Below are positions 60,933 to 64,000 of a stretch of DNA of 64,000 nucleotides, in pieces. Origin of the DNA: Mobula hypostoma (lineage: Eukaryota); assembly GCF_963921235.1 (NCBI RefSeq), contig NC_086097.1, positions 234,920,001-234,984,000 on the forward strand. The letters are read 5' to 3'. The notes beneath the pieces are model-generated. The model ran no database searches. It was not told the DNA's origin and saw only the letters and a list, made by a program, of their open reading frames with translations. Each line of letters starts with the position of its first letter. Position 1 is the stretch's first letter. The position numbers were made by a program, and so were the translations under genes.

Positions 60933-62599
60933 GATCACTCAAGTACAGAGGTCTCTGACAGCTGGCCCCACTGTCTCAATCTTCCGATCTCCTGTAATGC
61001 TTCAGTCTGCAACACCAGCGAGGAATTCGTCCACTGCAGAGTTACACCCCAAGGCGCTTACCTTGCACATGGAGATATCAAAAAGGCTAAACTGCTCGGC
61101 AAGCTTTGAGAGCAGAAACACACCACCATGAAGAACCGTAATTTGAGTGCAGCTGCAGATCACAGACTTTGACAGAACCTCAGCCACCATGAAAAGGTAA
61201 AACAGAAACGTCTATTACCTGTGGCTTCCGGAAGGATAAAATGGCTGAAAATCTTACCGATAACAATAAGGTTCTTTTGTATGAGTCATAAAATATAAGA
61301 GCACAGAAACATGTCCTTTGGCCCATACAGTCAGTGTGGAGTTGATCTTCTGCCTAGTTCCATGTACCTCCACCTGGACCATATCCCAACACGTGGTGGC
61401 CTTGTGGGAGTCTCCCAGCACATCTTTGGGCTAAATTGGTGGGCGACATAAAAAAACACATTTCACTGTATGTTTTGATGTTTCAATGTGCATGTGACAA
61501 ATAAAGCTAATCTTTGATCTTTGAATCACTCCCATCCAAGTTGAAGCTTCTCTTAAATGCTACAATTGGGCCTGCATCTACCACTTCCACTGGCATTTTG
61601 TTCCACACACACACAGTTCTCTCTACATGAAGATGGTTCCCCTCAGGTTCCTTTTGAATATTTGACCTTTCACTCTAAACCCATGACCTCTAGTTGAAGT
61701 CTCACCTGAGGGGAAGGAGTCTGTATTCATTCACCCTATACCCCATATAGTTTGTATTCCTCTAAGATTTCTCTTATTCTTCTGTGTTCCAAGGTCCTAT
61801 TCAGCCTTTACATATAATTCAGCTGCTCGAGTCCTGGTAACATCCTTGTAAAATTTACTTGGTAACCCATCAGTAGGTTTTATAAATAGGCATCTGAATA
61901 CCTTCCTATAATTCAGTACCAAAGGGGAGTGGGGAAATCTAGCGGCACTTGATACATAATCAGTTCTGATTCTAATTTTCAGGCTGACATATTTGGGTAC
62001 TAACTGCACAAAGAATTTCACTCATTGGCTAAACTGATTGAACACTGTGCCTTAGACCATTGGGTTAACATGTGGTTTCATAACAGGCATTTATTATATA
62101 TAATTATATGTATTAAGCATAAAATACATTATACATTAAACAAGTTGGACCTGTTTTCTGTCATTGGGCTAATCATCTCTGAAATATGCATTTCACTGAG
62201 ATGTCCTTCTGGGCTGATCCCAGGAGCCTGTAAGATGCCAGCCACTAATTAACACTTAATGGAACATGGCAGCCAGGGACCTGAACTAGGACAGAATTAC
62301 ACTGTCGCATGTAGCCTCCAGGTGAACGATGATGGATGCTTGTTGTCCCAAGCAAAGAAGGTGACGAGAATTATTTACTAGCAGCTCATGAGCTACAAGA
62401 CATTACAGGAGTCCTGAGGAAACAATATAGTTGCAAATAATGGGCCTGCTCTTGGAGCCATCTCCATGGTAACAAGGTCTTAACTGAACAATTTGAAATA
62501 AATAGCGTATAACCAACAGGCAGATGCTTTTAAGATGTAAGATGATTATGTTTGGAAGGCTTTGTCTGAAGAGAGTGATCTGACATAAGAGCATCCTCT

Positions 62600-63598
62600 G
62601 GAGGGTGGATCCACAAAAACACCCAGCCCAGATGGAGTATCTGGCTGAGTTTACCTGTGCTGATCAACTGGCTGTAGTGTTCACAGATACCTTTAACCGA
62701 TATTTTTAACCTCTTGCTTCAGCAGTCTGAGGTACCCACTTGCTTCAAGCAGACTTCAATCATACCAGTGCCTAAGAAGAACCTGGTAATCTGCCTCACT
62801 GACTTTTGTCTAGTAGTACTTGCAAACACTCTGATGAAGTGCTTTGAGAGGCTGGTGATGAAACAAATCAACTCCTGCCTGGGAAGTGATTTGGATCAGC
62901 TCCTATTTGCCTACTAAGTCCACAGCAGACGTCATTTTATTGGCTCTTCACTCAACCCTGGAACATCTGGATAGCAAAGATGCATACAGAAGGATGCCCT
63001 TCATCGATTACACTCGGAATTCAATAACATCATCCCCTCAAAACTAATCAATGAGTTTCAAGACGTTAGCCTCAATACCTCCTTGTGTAATTGGATCCTC
63101 ATTTTCCTCATTTGCAGGCTCCAGTCATTTCAGATTGGCAACAACACCTCTTTCACATTCTCCATCAGCAAAGATGCACCACAAAGCTATGTGCTTAGTT
63201 CCCTGCTCTGCTGGCTTTACAATTCTGGCTACGTGGCTAAGCACACCTCCAATGCCATATTTAGGTTTGCTGACAACACCACTCAGCAGTGTCACAAAAA
63301 CAACCTCTTATTCAATGTCAGCAAGACCAAGGAGCTGAAAATTGACTTCAGGAGGAGAAAACAGAGGTCCATCAGATCAGAGGTGGAAAAAAATTCCTTG
63401 GTGTCATCATTTCAGAGGATCTGTCCTGGGCCCAGTATGTATGTGCCATTATGAAGAAAGCATGGCCATGCCTCTACTTAGATGTTTGCAAAGGTTCAGC
63501 ATGACATCTAAAACTTTGACAAACTTTTATAGACGTGTGTTAGAAAGTATATTGACTGGCTGTATCAGTGCATTGACATGGGATCACCAATGCCCTTG
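62600..63598 (+). mobile_element. Degenerate Rex1/Babar RT fragment
   Basis: CADQLAVVFTD, VPTCFKQTSIIPVPKK, MKCFERLV, FRFADNT and FYRRVLESILTGCI motifs. Confidence 0.9.
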
Positions 63599-64000
63599 AA
63601 TCAGAGTCAGGTTTATTATCACTGACGTGACATTTGTTAACATCAACAGCAGTTCAATGCAATACATAATCTAGCAGAGAGAACGTAATAATAATAATAA
63701 TACGTAATAATAAATAAACAAGTAAATCAATTACATATGTTGAATAATTTTTTAAAAACATGAACAAACAGAAATACTGTATATTAGAAAAAAGTAAGGT
63801 AGTGTCCACAGCTTCAATGTCCATTTGGGAATCAGATGGCAGGAGGGAAGAAGCTGTTCCTGAATCACTGAGTGTATGCCTTCAGGCTTCTGTACTTCCT
63901 ACCTGATGGTAACAGTGAGGAAAGGTAACAGTGAGGAGCTGGGTGCTGGTGGTCCTTAATAATGGATACTGCCTTTCTGAGACACCGCTCCCTAAGGATG
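63595..64000 (-). mobile_element. Rex1/Babar 3' end
   Basis: GGGAAGAAGCTGTTCCTGAA (reverse of FRNSFFP) and GAATCAGAGTCAGGTTTATT tail; tail-to-tail with the preceding element. Confidence 0.8.

Noticed and set aside
63908..63937. Tandem GGTAACAGTGAGGA duplication
   Set aside because: Trivial slippage duplication within a dead Rex1 fragment.

Overview
Eukaryotic, AT-rich, repeat-dense non-coding DNA. The repeat repertoire (CR1 LINEs with (TTCTATG)n-type tails, Penelope-like elements, Rex1/Babar, RTE, V-SINE-like tRNA SINEs, Tc1 relics) points to a cartilaginous fish, probably a ray; this is inference. No host protein-coding exon could be supported, and nearly every recognisable ORF in the track is retroelement debris or its antisense shadow. 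Main structures: (i) Penelope-like elements with minimal type-I hammerhead ribozyme motifs, including a perfect 97-bp-arm palindrome carrying two head-to-head hammerheads inside a 14-bp TSD (50793-51060); (ii) two three-layer nested insertions, old CR1 > near-full-length RTE > young CR1 with an intact 588-aa RT (16360-22450) and Tc1 > RTE with a 37-bp TSD > CR1 (45994-49262); (iii) a solo LTR (12893-13655); (iv) several bipartite non-autonomous RTE- and Rex1-derived elements, and a tRNA-headed SINE sharing an RTE module; (v) a BovB-like 3' end; (vi) repeat-free islands that resemble conserved developmental enhancers. Boundaries of degenerate repeats are approximate and were read by eye. I found no convincing wholly new biological system. 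The hammerhead palindrome is the most unusual structure, although PLE hammerheads are already known.
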